Below are positions 1 through 8,486 of a stretch of 32,000 bases of DNA, in pieces. Under the pieces are notes generated by a model, which saw only the letters and a program-made list of their open reading frames with translations, made no database searches and was not told the DNA's origin. The stretch is taken from assembly GCF_001945605.1 (NCBI RefSeq), contig NZ_MPKA01000102.1:1-32000 (forward strand), read 5' to 3'. Position 1 is the first letter of the stretch, and every line of letters begins with the position of its first letter. Made by a program: the position numbers and the translations under genes. This DNA is from Dubosiella newyorkensis. GTDB taxonomy: Bacteria > Bacillota_I > Bacilli_A > Erysipelotrichales > Erysipelotrichaceae.

Positions 1-11
1 TGTGTATTGAT

Positions 12-1319
12 ATGAGTATTTCGTTGCTTTCAGGATTGATCATTTTAGTCCTTCTTGTCATCATGCTTTTGATGGGCGTTCCGATCGCGATCGCGTTGGG
101 GATCTCTTCGGTGTGCGCGATCTTGCCAATCATGCCATTTGATGTGGCGGTATTGACAGCGAGTCAGCGTATCTTCTCAGGCATTTCGGTCTTCTCGTTG
201 TTGGCGATCCCGTTCTTTATTTTGGCGGGGAATATCATGAATCGTGGTGGTATCGCGATCCGTTTGATCAACTTAGCGAAGATCTTGACGGGAAAGATGC
301 CTGGTTCTTTGGCGCAGACGAACGTATTGGCGAACATGTTGTTTGGTTCGATTTCTGGTTCGGGAACGGCGGCGGCTTCGGCGATGGGTTCGATCATCGG
401 GCCTGTTGAATTGGAGGATGGTTATGATCCGAATTTTTCGGCGGCTGTCAATATCGCGACCGCGCCTACGGGTCTTTTGATCCCGCCATCGAATGTAATG
501 ATCACTTACGCTTTGGTTTCTGGTGGGGCTTCGGTTTCGGCTCTATTCATGGCTGGATATATTCCAGGGATCCTTTGGGGTCTGTCTTGTATGGCGGTCG
601 TCTATATCTTGGCTCGTAAAAATAAATTTTATTCGAATGTTCAAATGAGCGGGAAAGAGAAGTGGAACGTGTTCTTGCAAGCTCTTCCTTGTCTTCTTTT
701 GATCGTGATCGTGATCGGGGGAATCATTGGTGGTGTCTTCACGGCGACGGAAGGCTCTGTCGTGGCGGTCGTCTATTCGCTCTTGCTTTCGTTGTTTGGG
801 TATAAATCGATCAAATGGAAAGATTTGCCAGGTATTTTTAAGGAGAGCGCGCAAATGACGGGGATCATCATCTTCTTGATTGGTGTTTCTTCGATCATGT
901 CTTGGGTCATGGCTTTCACAGGCATTCCGCAGCTTGTCAGCGAAGCGATGCTTGGCTTAACGGATAATAAGTATGTCATTTTATTGTTGATCAATGTGAT
1001 CTTGTTGGTCGTAGGTACGTTCATGGATATGACGCCGGCTTGCTTGATCTTCACGCCGATCTTCCTTCCTGTGTGTCAGGCGCTCGGTATGGATGTGATC
1101 CATTTTGGGATCATGTTGATCTTCAACTTGTGTATTGGTACGATCACCCCGCCAGTGGGCACGACGCTCTTTGTTGGTGTCAAGGTTGGTAAAGTATCGA
1201 TCGAATCGGTGATCAAGCAGTTGCTTTACTATTTTGGAGCGATCTTCGTGGTGCTGATGCTGGTGACGTATATTCCGCAGTTAAGCTTATGGCTGCCAAC
1301 TGTTCTTGGTGTTATGTGA
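12..1319 (+). CDS. TRAP transporter large permease subunit (DctM family)
   Basis: 435-aa track ORF. Very hydrophobic multi-pass protein of DctM size with a DctM-like N-terminus (LLMGVPIAIALG). A TGA at 8-10 fits the end of an upstream dctQ-like gene. It lies directly upstream of uxaC, a hexuronate-uptake context. Confidence 0.88.
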   Translation: MSISLLSGLIILVLLVIMLLMGVPIAIALGISSVCAILPIMPFDVAVLTASQRIFSGISVFSLLAIPFFILAGNIMNRGGIAIRLINLAKILTGKMPGSLAQTNVLANMLFGSISGSGTAAASAMGSIIGPVELEDGYDPNFSAAVNIATAPTGLLIPPSNVMITYALVSGGASVSALFMAGYIPGILWGLSCMAVVYILARKNKFYSNVQMSGKEKWNVFLQALPCLLLIVIVIGGIIGGVFTATEGSVVAVVYSLLLSLFGYKSIKWKDLPGIFKESAQMTGIIIFLIGVSSIMSWVMAFTGIPQLVSEAMLGLTDNKYVILLLINVILLVVGTFMDMTPACLIFTPIFLPVCQALGMDVIHFGIMLIFNLCIGTITPPVGTTLFVGVKVGKVSIESVIKQLLYYFGAIFVVLMLVTYIPQLSLWLPTVLGVM

Positions 1320-1350
1320 TTGAGTTGATAGAAAATTAAAGGAGAAAATC

Positions 1351-2766
1351 ATGAAAAAGTTTATGGATGAAAACTTCCTTCTTGAAACAGAGTGCGCGAA
1401 GGACTTGTTTCATAACTACGCGAGTCAAGTTCCTGTTCTTGACTATCATTGTCATATCGATCCTCAAGAGATCTATGAAGATCGTAAGTTTGATAATATT
1501 GCGCAAGTTTGGCTTGGCGGCGATCATTACAAGTGGCGTCAGATGCGTTCGAATGGAATTGATGAATACTACATTACAGGGGACGCTTCGGATTGGGAAA
1601 AATTTGAAAAATATGCCGAAACGCTTGAAAAGGCGATCGGAAACCCTTTGTTCCATTGGTCGCACTTGGAGCTTCAACGCTTCTTTGGAATCGATACGGT
1701 ATTGAGTCGTAAAACCGCAAAAGAGATCTGGGACAAGGCGAACGCTATGCTTCAGCAAGAAGATATGAGCGTGCGCAACTTGATCAAAAAGTCGAATGTG
1801 ACTTTGATCTGTACGACGGATGATCCGATCGATGATTTGAAATGGCACAAATTGATCAAAGAAGATGATTCTTTTGATGTGCAGGTGCTTCCTGCTTGGC
1901 GCCCAGATAAGGCGGTCAATATCAACAAGCCGGATTATATGGAGTATATCGCGAAGCTTGAAAAGGCGAGCGGAATGCAGATCGAATCGTTCGAGGATTT
2001 GAAGAAGGCGCTTGCGAATCGTATGGATTTCTTTGCGGAAAATGGCTGCACGGTCGCTGACCATGGATTGGATTATGTCATGTACGTTCCTGCAAGCGAT
2101 GATGAGATAGAAGCGATTTTCGCAAAGAAGAAAAACGGGGAAACGCTCACGAATGAGGAAGTGACAAAGTTCAAGACGGCGATCATGTTGTTCTTGGCGA
2201 AACAAAATAAAAAGCATGATTGGGTGATGCAGCTTCATTATGGCTGCAAGCGCGACAACAATACGAAAATGTTCGAGAAGCTAGGTCCAGATACTGGGTT
2301 TGACTGCATTTCGAATGAGGCGCCTGGTTCTCAATTGGCGGATTTCTTGAATGCGGTAAATATGGATGGCGGTCTTCCTAGGACGATCATTTATTCTTTG
2401 AATCCTGGAGATGATGAATTGATCGGCACGATCATTGGATGTTTCCAAGATAGCGACGCGATCGGTAAGATCCAGCAAGGATCTGCTTGGTGGTTCAACG
2501 ACACGAAGACGGGCATGCAAAAACAAATGACTTCGTTGGCGAATCTTGGTCTTCTTGGAAACTTTGTGGGAATGCTTACGGATTCGAGAAGCTTCTTGTC
2601 TTACCCGCGTCATGAGTATTTCCGGCGTATCATGTGCAACTTGATTGGTGGCTGGGTCGAAAATGGGGAATTCCCGAACGATCCTGAACTTCTTGCGCCA
2701 ATCGTAAAAGGGATCTCCTACAATAACGCGGTTCGTTATTTCAATTTTGATCTCGAACAAAAGTAA
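1351..2766 (+). CDS. uxaC: glucuronate isomerase (uronate isomerase)
   Basis: 471-aa ORF. The N-terminus (FLLETE..AKDLFHNYA...PVLDYHCHI) and the length match UxaC. A strong SD (aaaggagaaaatc) precedes ATG 1351. Confidence 0.93.
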   Translation: MKKFMDENFLLETECAKDLFHNYASQVPVLDYHCHIDPQEIYEDRKFDNIAQVWLGGDHYKWRQMRSNGIDEYYITGDASDWEKFEKYAETLEKAIGNPLFHWSHLELQRFFGIDTVLSRKTAKEIWDKANAMLQQEDMSVRNLIKKSNVTLICTTDDPIDDLKWHKLIKEDDSFDVQVLPAWRPDKAVNINKPDYMEYIAKLEKASGMQIESFEDLKKALANRMDFFAENGCTVADHGLDYVMYVPASDDEIEAIFAKKKNGETLTNEEVTKFKTAIMLFLAKQNKKHDWVMQLHYGCKRDNNTKMFEKLGPDTGFDCISNEAPGSQLADFLNAVNMDGGLPRTIIYSLNPGDDELIGTIIGCFQDSDAIGKIQQGSAWWFNDTKTGMQKQMTSLANLGLLGNFVGMLTDSRSFLSYPRHEYFRRIMCNLIGGWVENGEFPNDPELLAPIVKGISYNNAVRYFNFDLEQK

Positions 2767-2784
2767 GAATTATTATTTGATTTT

Positions 2785-2819
2785 GAAGGAAACGCTTCTC
2801 GTTGTTTCCTTCTTTTTTT
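2785..2819 (+). terminator. rho-independent terminator after uxaC
   Basis: Stem gaaggaaac (2785-2793) pairs with gtttccttc (2804-2812), followed by a T7 run (2813-2819). Confidence 0.7.
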
Positions 2820-2848
2820 GTTTCGTTTTTTTCTATATAATTATGTTT

Positions 2849-3760
2849 ATGGAAAAACTTCTTCTTGTCTATAACCCAAAATCGGGGGATGGCCGCATTC
2901 GCGCTCAGTTGGCGAAGGTCATCGAGATATTTTCGAATGCGAATTATCGTGTCGAGGTATACGCGACCAAAAGGGAAAATGATGGTATGGAGTGGATCGA
3001 GAAGGTCGGATGCGAATTTGATCGAATCGTAGTCTGCGGAGGAGATGGGATGTTCCATGAAGCGGTCAATGGTTGGTTTCAATCGCGATCCAAGGCGCCT
3101 TTGGCCTATATTCCTTCGGGAACAGTGAATGATTTTGCCAATACGCACAATATTCCAAAAAACGATGTGGAAGCGGCGACGATGATCGCAAGCGATGGAA
3201 TGATCGACCAGATCGACGCGGGGCTGTTCAATGACACATATTTTTCGTATGTAGCGGCTTTTGGTTTCGCGACTTCGACTGCGTATGATACGCCGCAAAC
3301 AAAGAAGCGGAAGCTGGGGACGTTGGCTTATGTACTGCATGCTTTGGAGGTCGTGGACTTTACGCATTGGGAAAACAATTGTGTTTCTACGCGGATCGAA
3401 TACGAGGGCGGGATGATCGAAGGAAATTTTTTATATGGTCAAATTTCGAGTTCTCGTTATGTTGGGGGGATGGACGCGTTTACAAAAGGTCGCTACGATT
3501 TGAAAGATGGCTTGTTGGAGGGGGTTTTTATCCGGCAGCCGATGAATTTGAGCGAGCTTAATTCGATTATCGCCAGTATCGCCAAGAGCGATATTGAAAA
3601 CAATCCTTTGATCGTTCCTGTGCAGTCTCCTTGGTTCGAGTTTGATGGGGAATCGATCGCTTGGACGCTGGATGGGGAATATGGTGGGGAGGTTCCACAT
3701 GCCAAGATCCAGGTCGTCGAGCAGCAGCTCAAGGTCGTGCTCCCAAAGGAAGAGGAATAA
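2849..3760 (+). CDS. diacylglycerol kinase family lipid kinase (YegS/BmrU/DagK-like)
   Basis: Track ORF 2747-3760 trimmed to ATG 2849 (MEKLLLVYNPKSGDG). The upstream part of the track ORF runs through the uxaC terminator. DAGK-type motifs are present (IVVCGGDGM, IPSGTVNDFA). ATG 2843 is an alternative start. No SD is visible. Confidence 0.85.
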   Translation: MEKLLLVYNPKSGDGRIRAQLAKVIEIFSNANYRVEVYATKRENDGMEWIEKVGCEFDRIVVCGGDGMFHEAVNGWFQSRSKAPLAYIPSGTVNDFANTHNIPKNDVEAATMIASDGMIDQIDAGLFNDTYFSYVAAFGFATSTAYDTPQTKKRKLGTLAYVLHALEVVDFTHWENNCVSTRIEYEGGMIEGNFLYGQISSSRYVGGMDAFTKGRYDLKDGLLEGVFIRQPMNLSELNSIIASIAKSDIENNPLIVPVQSPWFEFDGESIAWTLDGEYGGEVPHAKIQVVEQQLKVVLPKEEE

Positions 3761-3787
3761 AAGAATCATAAAAGTAAAAAAGAGAAC

Positions 3788-3831
3788 AAAAAGAGAAGAT
3801 TTCGCGATTGGGCGTTTTCTTCTCTTTTTTT
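3788..3831. terminator. bidirectional rho-independent terminator between convergent genes
   Basis: Stem agagaaga (3792-3799) pairs with tcttctct (3818-3825), with an inner cgc/gcg pair. It is flanked by an A-run on the left and a T-run on the right. Confidence 0.7.
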
Positions 3832-3853
3832 GTTTTGTGTTTTAGCTTATGTC

Positions 3854-5086
3854 TCATGCGACTTGGTGTTTCATAAATGTAAATCGAGCAAGCAGCATGA
3901 TTACGCTTGAAAGGATAATATACAGGATCGCTCTTATAGATAGCACGTCAAAAACCATGTCGCCTATTGGATACGAAATATATTTACCGATTTCTGGCAT
4001 TGTTGAACGGTAAGGCAACAAGAACAAAGTTAAATTATAGGCTCCCGTGGTTCCGTTAGGCGAGAGGAAGAGTGGAATAAAGAGGATCGGTACAAGCACG
4101 ATCAAAACGAGGTAAGGGTTTTTCATTTTAGCCGATAAAAGCAATGTAAGGCTGATCATAGCAATCAGTACCAAATAGATCACGCCAAGATTGATCAGGG
4201 TTGCTTGCAGGAATGAATATGGATAAGGGATAATCGGATCGGCGATTTGTAAAGGTAAGTTCCATCCGTCGACCCCAAAGGCTGCTAGAGGCAAGCCAAA
4301 GGCGACTATGATGTGAAGCGTGAAGGCAAGAATGCCAAACAATAGAGACGCGATGATTTTGGCGGTTCCCAATTTGGTTTTTCCATATTTGCTCGATAAG
4401 ATCACTGCATCCGTTCCTGCTTGATATTCTCCCGAAAAGACGGGCGCAATCACGATACAGATCGCCAATATAGCGAATATGAGCAGTTCAAAGTTGGATA
4501 GGATCACTTCCCAACCTTCGTGATATCCATATTGTAAAGGGGTCTTGACCTGGCTGTTCATGTGGCTCCAGTATTCTTTTTGTTTGGTTGACATATTTCT
4601 TGATGGCATGTTCAAAAGCGCTTCGATCTTTTCGTTTCTTGTTTGATCAAATTGGGCGCTCTTTGTCAAATCTAATTCGGGCAGCTTGTTTAGACCGGAA
4701 TTCTCATTGGGAGAATCATAGATGGAAGCAATGATACTCAGCAGTTTTTCACGGGGAGCGACATAATTCCAATACACGTCACCGATCAAAAATTTCTCAT
4801 TGCCATCATATCCCACATTGGCTGGGTTCTCAAAGAGCGTTTGGTATTGTGCGATGTTTTTTTCAACAAATTCATTGGTGAGAGGAACAGATTGCTCTTT
4901 ATATTGTTCTTTTTCATAGGCAATGCCTTCAAATCCTTTGATTGCCCCTTCTTGATTGTAGGTCTGAAATTGCAGGATAGGCAGTCCGAACAGAAACGCA
5001 GTCAAAAGAAGACTGATTCCCATAACGATCAAGGTCGATTTTTTTCGGACTATTTTTAAAAATTCGTATTTAATCAACATATTCAT
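3854..5086 (-). CDS. ABC-2 type transporter permease with large extracytoplasmic loop
   Basis: 410-aa ORF with one N-terminal TM, a hydrophilic loop of about 170 aa, then 5-6 TM segments. Its start overlaps the stop of the upstream ATPase gene by 17 nt. Confidence 0.8.
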   Translation of the reverse strand: MNMLIKYEFLKIVRKKSTLIVMGISLLLTAFLFGLPILQFQTYNQEGAIKGFEGIAYEKEQYKEQSVPLTNEFVEKNIAQYQTLFENPANVGYDGNEKFLIGDVYWNYVAPREKLLSIIASIYDSPNENSGLNKLPELDLTKSAQFDQTRNEKIEALLNMPSRNMSTKQKEYWSHMNSQVKTPLQYGYHEGWEVILSNFELLIFAILAICIVIAPVFSGEYQAGTDAVILSSKYGKTKLGTAKIIASLLFGILAFTLHIIVAFGLPLAAFGVDGWNLPLQIADPIIPYPYSFLQATLINLGVIYLVLIAMISLTLLLSAKMKNPYLVLIVLVPILFIPLFLSPNGTTGAYNLTLFLLPYRSTMPEIGKYISYPIGDMVFDVLSIRAILYIILSSVIMLLARFTFMKHQVA

Positions 5087-5966
5087 GGCTCCTTTGGCTT
5101 AGCGCATCTTCTCCAAAATGGTATAAGAATAAATCTTCTAAACTCGGCTCAACATTGATGGCTTCCGCTGTAGGTGCGCGATCGCTGATGATTCGTAGCC
5201 TAACTTTGTTGTTTTCGTGGTGTAGATTGACAACAGAAAATTGTTGACTGTATTCTGCGACTTTTCTCTGGTCGATTAGAAATTCCCATACTTTTCCTTT
5301 GATCACATCGGTTACAGTTTCCATAGGCGCGCTAAGCAGAAATTGTCCGTTTTTCATCATTAAAATGGAGTCGGCAATATAAGAAACATCCGATACGATG
5401 TGGGTGGATAGAATGACGATTTTCTCTTTTGCGAAGTTGGAGATCAGATTGCGGAAGCGCACTCTTTCTTTTGGGTCAAGGCCAGCCGTTGGTTCATCCA
5501 ATATCAATATGGATGGATCATTCAGTTCAGCTTGTGCGATTCCTAACCTTTGCTTCATTCCTCCAGAAAAGGACTTGATTTTTTTATTGGCTACTTTGTG
5601 CAGGTTGACAGTATGGAGCAGCTGATCGGTTCTATATTTTGCTGTTTGAGGATCCAGTCCTTTAACAGCTGCCATATAAAGCATAAATTCGCGGGCTGTA
5701 AAGTCGGGATAAAAGCCGAAGTCTTGGGGCATATACCCGAGTTGGGAGTAGTATTTTTCTCCTAATTCCTCAATGGTTTTTCCGTTCAAACGAATGTAAC
5801 CGGACGTTGGTTTCAATACGCCGCAAATCATTCGCATCAGTGTTGTTTTGCCTGCGCCATTGGCTCCGAGCAATCCATAGACACCTGGAGCTAGATCGGC
5901 ATTGACATGATTGACTGCCCATTTTGTTCCGTATTGCTTGCTTAAGTTTTGTAGTTGTAGATGCAT
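5070..5966 (-). CDS. ABC transporter ATP-binding protein
   Basis: Walker A GANGAGKTT, ABC signature SGGMKQR, Walker B ILILDEP. SD aggagg lies upstream of ATG 5966. Confidence 0.92.
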   Translation of the reverse strand: MHLQLQNLSKQYGTKWAVNHVNADLAPGVYGLLGANGAGKTTLMRMICGVLKPTSGYIRLNGKTIEELGEKYYSQLGYMPQDFGFYPDFTAREFMLYMAAVKGLDPQTAKYRTDQLLHTVNLHKVANKKIKSFSGGMKQRLGIAQAELNDPSILILDEPTAGLDPKERVRFRNLISNFAKEKIVILSTHIVSDVSYIADSILMMKNGQFLLSAPMETVTDVIKGKVWEFLIDQRKVAEYSQQFSVVNLHHENNKVRLRIISDRAPTAEAINVEPSLEDLFLYHFGEDALSQRSHEYVD

Positions 5967-5992
5967 ATAAAATCCTCCTGATTGATTTAGGC

Positions 5993-6033
5993 ATAAAAAA
6001 TAAGGTGGCCTATGCCAATAGCATGAACCACCT
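5993..6033 (-). terminator. rho-independent terminator after the histidine kinase gene, 27 nt upstream of the ABC ATPase start
   Basis: Read on the minus strand: aggtgg (6033-6028) pairs with ccacct (6008-6003), with an inner atgc/gcat pair (6012-6015 / 6021-6024). It is followed by TTATTTTTTA (A-run 5995-6000 on the plus strand). Confidence 0.6.
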
Positions 6034-6077
6034 ATCTTAGGTTGAGCTTTTATAGATCTTAATTTAATCTTAATTTT
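6034..6077 (-). promoter_or_regulatory. phased direct repeats (candidate OmpR-family response-regulator boxes) with overlapping candidate promoter for the ABC genes
   Basis: Tandem 11-mers ATCTTAATTTA (6056-6066) and ATCTTAATTTT (6067-6077) on the plus strand. A further ATCTTA lies at 6034-6039 and a degenerate copy at 6045, all in 11-bp phase. On the minus strand this gives -35 TTAAGA (6062-6057), a 17-nt spacer and -10 TAAGAT (6039-6034). Confidence 0.45.
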
Positions 6078-7497
6078 CGCTCGTTTTGTTTTTTGCAGGA
6101 AGATCTATCATAAATTCTGTTCCAATGTCTAGCTTGCTTTCAACGATGATCTTTCCTTCGTGAAGCAGAATAATTTGATTGGCTATAGCGAGTCCTAATC
6201 CGCTTCCTTCTGGTTTTTCTTTAGTGTTCGTTCCTCTGTAATAGCGATCAAATAGTTTTGATCGTTCAATCTCGCTCAGTCCATTTCCATTATCGCGGAT
6301 CGATAGCAGGATCCTGTTGTTTTTGTTCGTATCGAGTGTAACGCTTATCTTTGTTTCTGGCGGATTATGGATGAGAGCGTTTGATATAAGATTGGTAATA
6401 GCTCGCCGAAAAAGAGCAGGATCAATATTGGCATATAAGTCTGGCACATGGCTTTCAAACGCAAGATTGCGATCTGAAAAGGCAGGGTCGTTGATCATGT
6501 CGATCACGCATTCTTTGACAAAGCGTGAAATGCGGATTTTTTGAGGATGATAGGGTAGGGATTTGGAGTCTAGCTGATACGTTAGTTTTAAATCGTTGAT
6601 TAGATTTTCAGTATAACAGACATTTTTTAAGATGATTGAACCATATTCCTGGATCGTTTGTTTGTCTTTTTCAGAACTATCGGCAAGCAGTTCAGCATAC
6701 CCTTTGATTGGAGAAAGGGGTGTTTTTAGATCGTGTGTGATATTGGCTATCCATTCTTTGCGCACTCGTTCTGTTTCTTTATTTATCTGATCGGCATGGC
6801 GAATTTCACGGTCTGTTTGATTCAAAGCGGCGTAGATTTCGCTGAACATTCCTTTCTCTTGTAACGCTTCATAGGATCGAAGAGGGATATTCCGGATACC
6901 GTCTGTCATTTTTGATAATTTTCGGGAAAGCCAAAAACCATAAGCCAGTACAGAAAGGATCAGGATTCCTAGAGTAGAAAAAATAATCACTCTTGCGATG
7001 GGGGAGAGCCTTTCCACTCGATCGCCGTTGTAGTAGAGGATATATTTGCCTATATCATATGGAAAGCCAATGATGTAGCTGCAAGTTTCTGCCGAATCGT
7101 CTATGCTGTTGGAAAAAAGAGTATACCCGTGTTCATAATGGCTGGATTTGAGTGAAAGGAGTTTTGAAGCGGAATATTTCGCGGGATAACGCGCTGGTTT
7201 ATTGTAAGAAAATATTTCTTGTCCGGATTCGTCGATAAATTGAATCCACAATCCATACGTATCCAATCGCTTCAATCCGATTTCATCGATCGATAGTTCT
7301 CCATTGTCGTAGGTCGTCCAAGCGACAAAACTATCCGTAAATTTTTGTGGCCAAGAAGCCAAGCTGATTCCTTCTGGTTCCGGAATTGAAAACATATAGT
7401 AGAACAAACCGATCGAGCTTGTGATTATGATCAAAACGACGAGCAGCAAAAGCAGAACCATTCTGAAAAACGGATCGAATGCTTTTTTACTTTTCAT
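6070..7497 (-). CDS. sensor histidine kinase with extracytoplasmic sensor domain
   Basis: 475 aa. Two TM segments flank a loop of about 150 aa. H-box ITHDLKTPLSPIKGYAELL. ATPase boxes IRDNGNGL and GSGLGLAIA. The start overlaps the response-regulator stop by 11 nt. Confidence 0.92.
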   Translation of the reverse strand: MKSKKAFDPFFRMVLLLLLVVLIIITSSIGLFYYMFSIPEPEGISLASWPQKFTDSFVAWTTYDNGELSIDEIGLKRLDTYGLWIQFIDESGQEIFSYNKPARYPAKYSASKLLSLKSSHYEHGYTLFSNSIDDSAETCSYIIGFPYDIGKYILYYNGDRVERLSPIARVIIFSTLGILILSVLAYGFWLSRKLSKMTDGIRNIPLRSYEALQEKGMFSEIYAALNQTDREIRHADQINKETERVRKEWIANITHDLKTPLSPIKGYAELLADSSEKDKQTIQEYGSIILKNVCYTENLINDLKLTYQLDSKSLPYHPQKIRISRFVKECVIDMINDPAFSDRNLAFESHVPDLYANIDPALFRRAITNLISNALIHNPPETKISVTLDTNKNNRILLSIRDNGNGLSEIERSKLFDRYYRGTNTKEKPEGSGLGLAIANQIILLHEGKIIVESKLDIGTEFMIDLPAKNKTSEN

Positions 7498-8191
7498 ATG
7501 GATCGACCAATTTATATCCTAAGCCTTTGATCGTGATGATGTATTGAGGCGCGGTAGGATCGCTTTCTAATTTTTGGCGAAGATGTCGGATATGGACCAT
7601 AATCGTATTATCACAACCGATACTATCCTCATGCCATAGGGCTTCATATAGGCGCTCTCGGCTTATAACGCGCCCTTTATTTTCGGCTAAGTACTGCAAG
7701 ATCTCGAATTCTTTGGCAGTTAGTTTCATCTCTTTTCCTTCTTTTGTGACTTGGCATCCATCGATGTCAAGTGTTAAGGCGCCAATTTTTATAGGTTCAC
7801 GAACAAGATCGTTCTTTTGGTAGGCTGTTCGGCGTAATTGCGCTTTCACACGATAAGCAACTTCTTTGGGACTGAAAGGCTTTGTCACATAATCATCGCC
7901 GCCTACGGCTAACCCGAGTATTTTATCGAATTCATCATTCTTAGAGGAAAGAAAGAGAATTGGACAGTGCGAAAACTGTCTGATTTGTTTACATACTTCA
8001 TAGCCATCAAGATCGGGGAGCATGATATCTAAAATGATTAGATCTGGTTTGATTTTCTTGCACATATTTATCGCTTCGATTCCACGATCGATTTTAATAA
8101 TGCCATTCAAGTTCTCTAAGGTCAGAGCTTTTTCGAGCAATTTTAAAATATCGGGTTCATCATCGACGATCATAATTTTGTATTGATTCAT
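7487..8191 (-). CDS. OmpR/PhoB-family response regulator
   Basis: Receiver domain (IMIVDDEP, DLIILDIMLPDLDG, TKPF) plus a winged-helix C-terminal domain (ITIKGLGYKL). SD aaaggag is present. Confidence 0.93.
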   Translation of the reverse strand: MNQYKIMIVDDEPDILKLLEKALTLENLNGIIKIDRGIEAINMCKKIKPDLIILDIMLPDLDGYEVCKQIRQFSHCPILFLSSKNDEFDKILGLAVGGDDYVTKPFSPKEVAYRVKAQLRRTAYQKNDLVREPIKIGALTLDIDGCQVTKEGKEMKLTAKEFEILQYLAENKGRVISRERLYEALWHEDSIGCDNTIMVHIRHLRQKLESDPTAPQYIITIKGLGYKLVDPYEK

Positions 8192-8213
8192 CTTTCAAAT
8201 TCTCCTTTCACGA
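8187..8213. repeat. left arm of a 25/27-nt inverted repeat (covers RBS, ATG and 2 further nt of the response regulator gene)
   Basis: The minus strand reads TCGTGAAAGGAGAAT-TT-GAAAGATGAA. This is identical to the plus-strand sequence at 8462-8486 except for the 2-nt TT insertion. Confidence 0.9.
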
Positions 8214-8461
8214 TGTTTTATAAGTTTATCAGAACAGAAACGATTTCTATTGATAGATTTGATTCATTAATAATTAAGTGTACAAATGATCCAAAAAGAT
8301 GGCTGAACAAGCAGAGTATATGGGAGTTGCGTAAAGAAAACAATAGACCTGTTCCGCTTTATAGATCGATGTTCTCAAATTTTGGTGCTAAGAGAAAGGA
8401 GAAACTTGTATTCTGTTAAAAATAATAATTAAATTATTATATTAAATAGAGATCTCATTAT

Positions 8462-8486
8462 TCGTGAAAGGAGAATGAAAGATGAA
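8462..8486. repeat. right arm of the inverted repeat (covers RBS, ATG and 2 further nt of the first small membrane protein gene)
   Basis: The plus strand reads TCGTGAAAGGAGAATGAAAGATGAA. See the left arm at 8187-8213. Confidence 0.9.

Noticed and set aside
2747-2848. N-terminal extensions of track ORFs: 2747, 9011, 12583, 12856, 13307, 15220, 17554, 21938, 28815, 30349 and 30979.
   Set aside because: In each case the extension crosses a terminator or an upstream gene, or uses a non-ATG codon directly abutting the SD. An internal ATG with a well-spaced SD, or an ATGA overlap, gives a family-typical N-terminus. Coordinates were trimmed accordingly.
8183-8419. 78-aa plus-strand ORF in the regulator/small-protein intergenic region.
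   Set aside because: It starts inside the response-regulator coding sequence on the opposite strand. It has no SD, and its composition is that of AT-rich non-coding DNA. The region is better explained as a divergent promoter segment.
8406-8432. Mini-ORF TTG-TAT-TCT-GTT-AAA-AAT-AAT-AAT-TAA (8 codons) preceded by aaaggagaaa. It could be a leader peptide.
   Set aside because: The SD-to-start spacing is only about 4 nt, the start is TTG, and there is no attenuator structure linked to it. The evidence is too weak to call.
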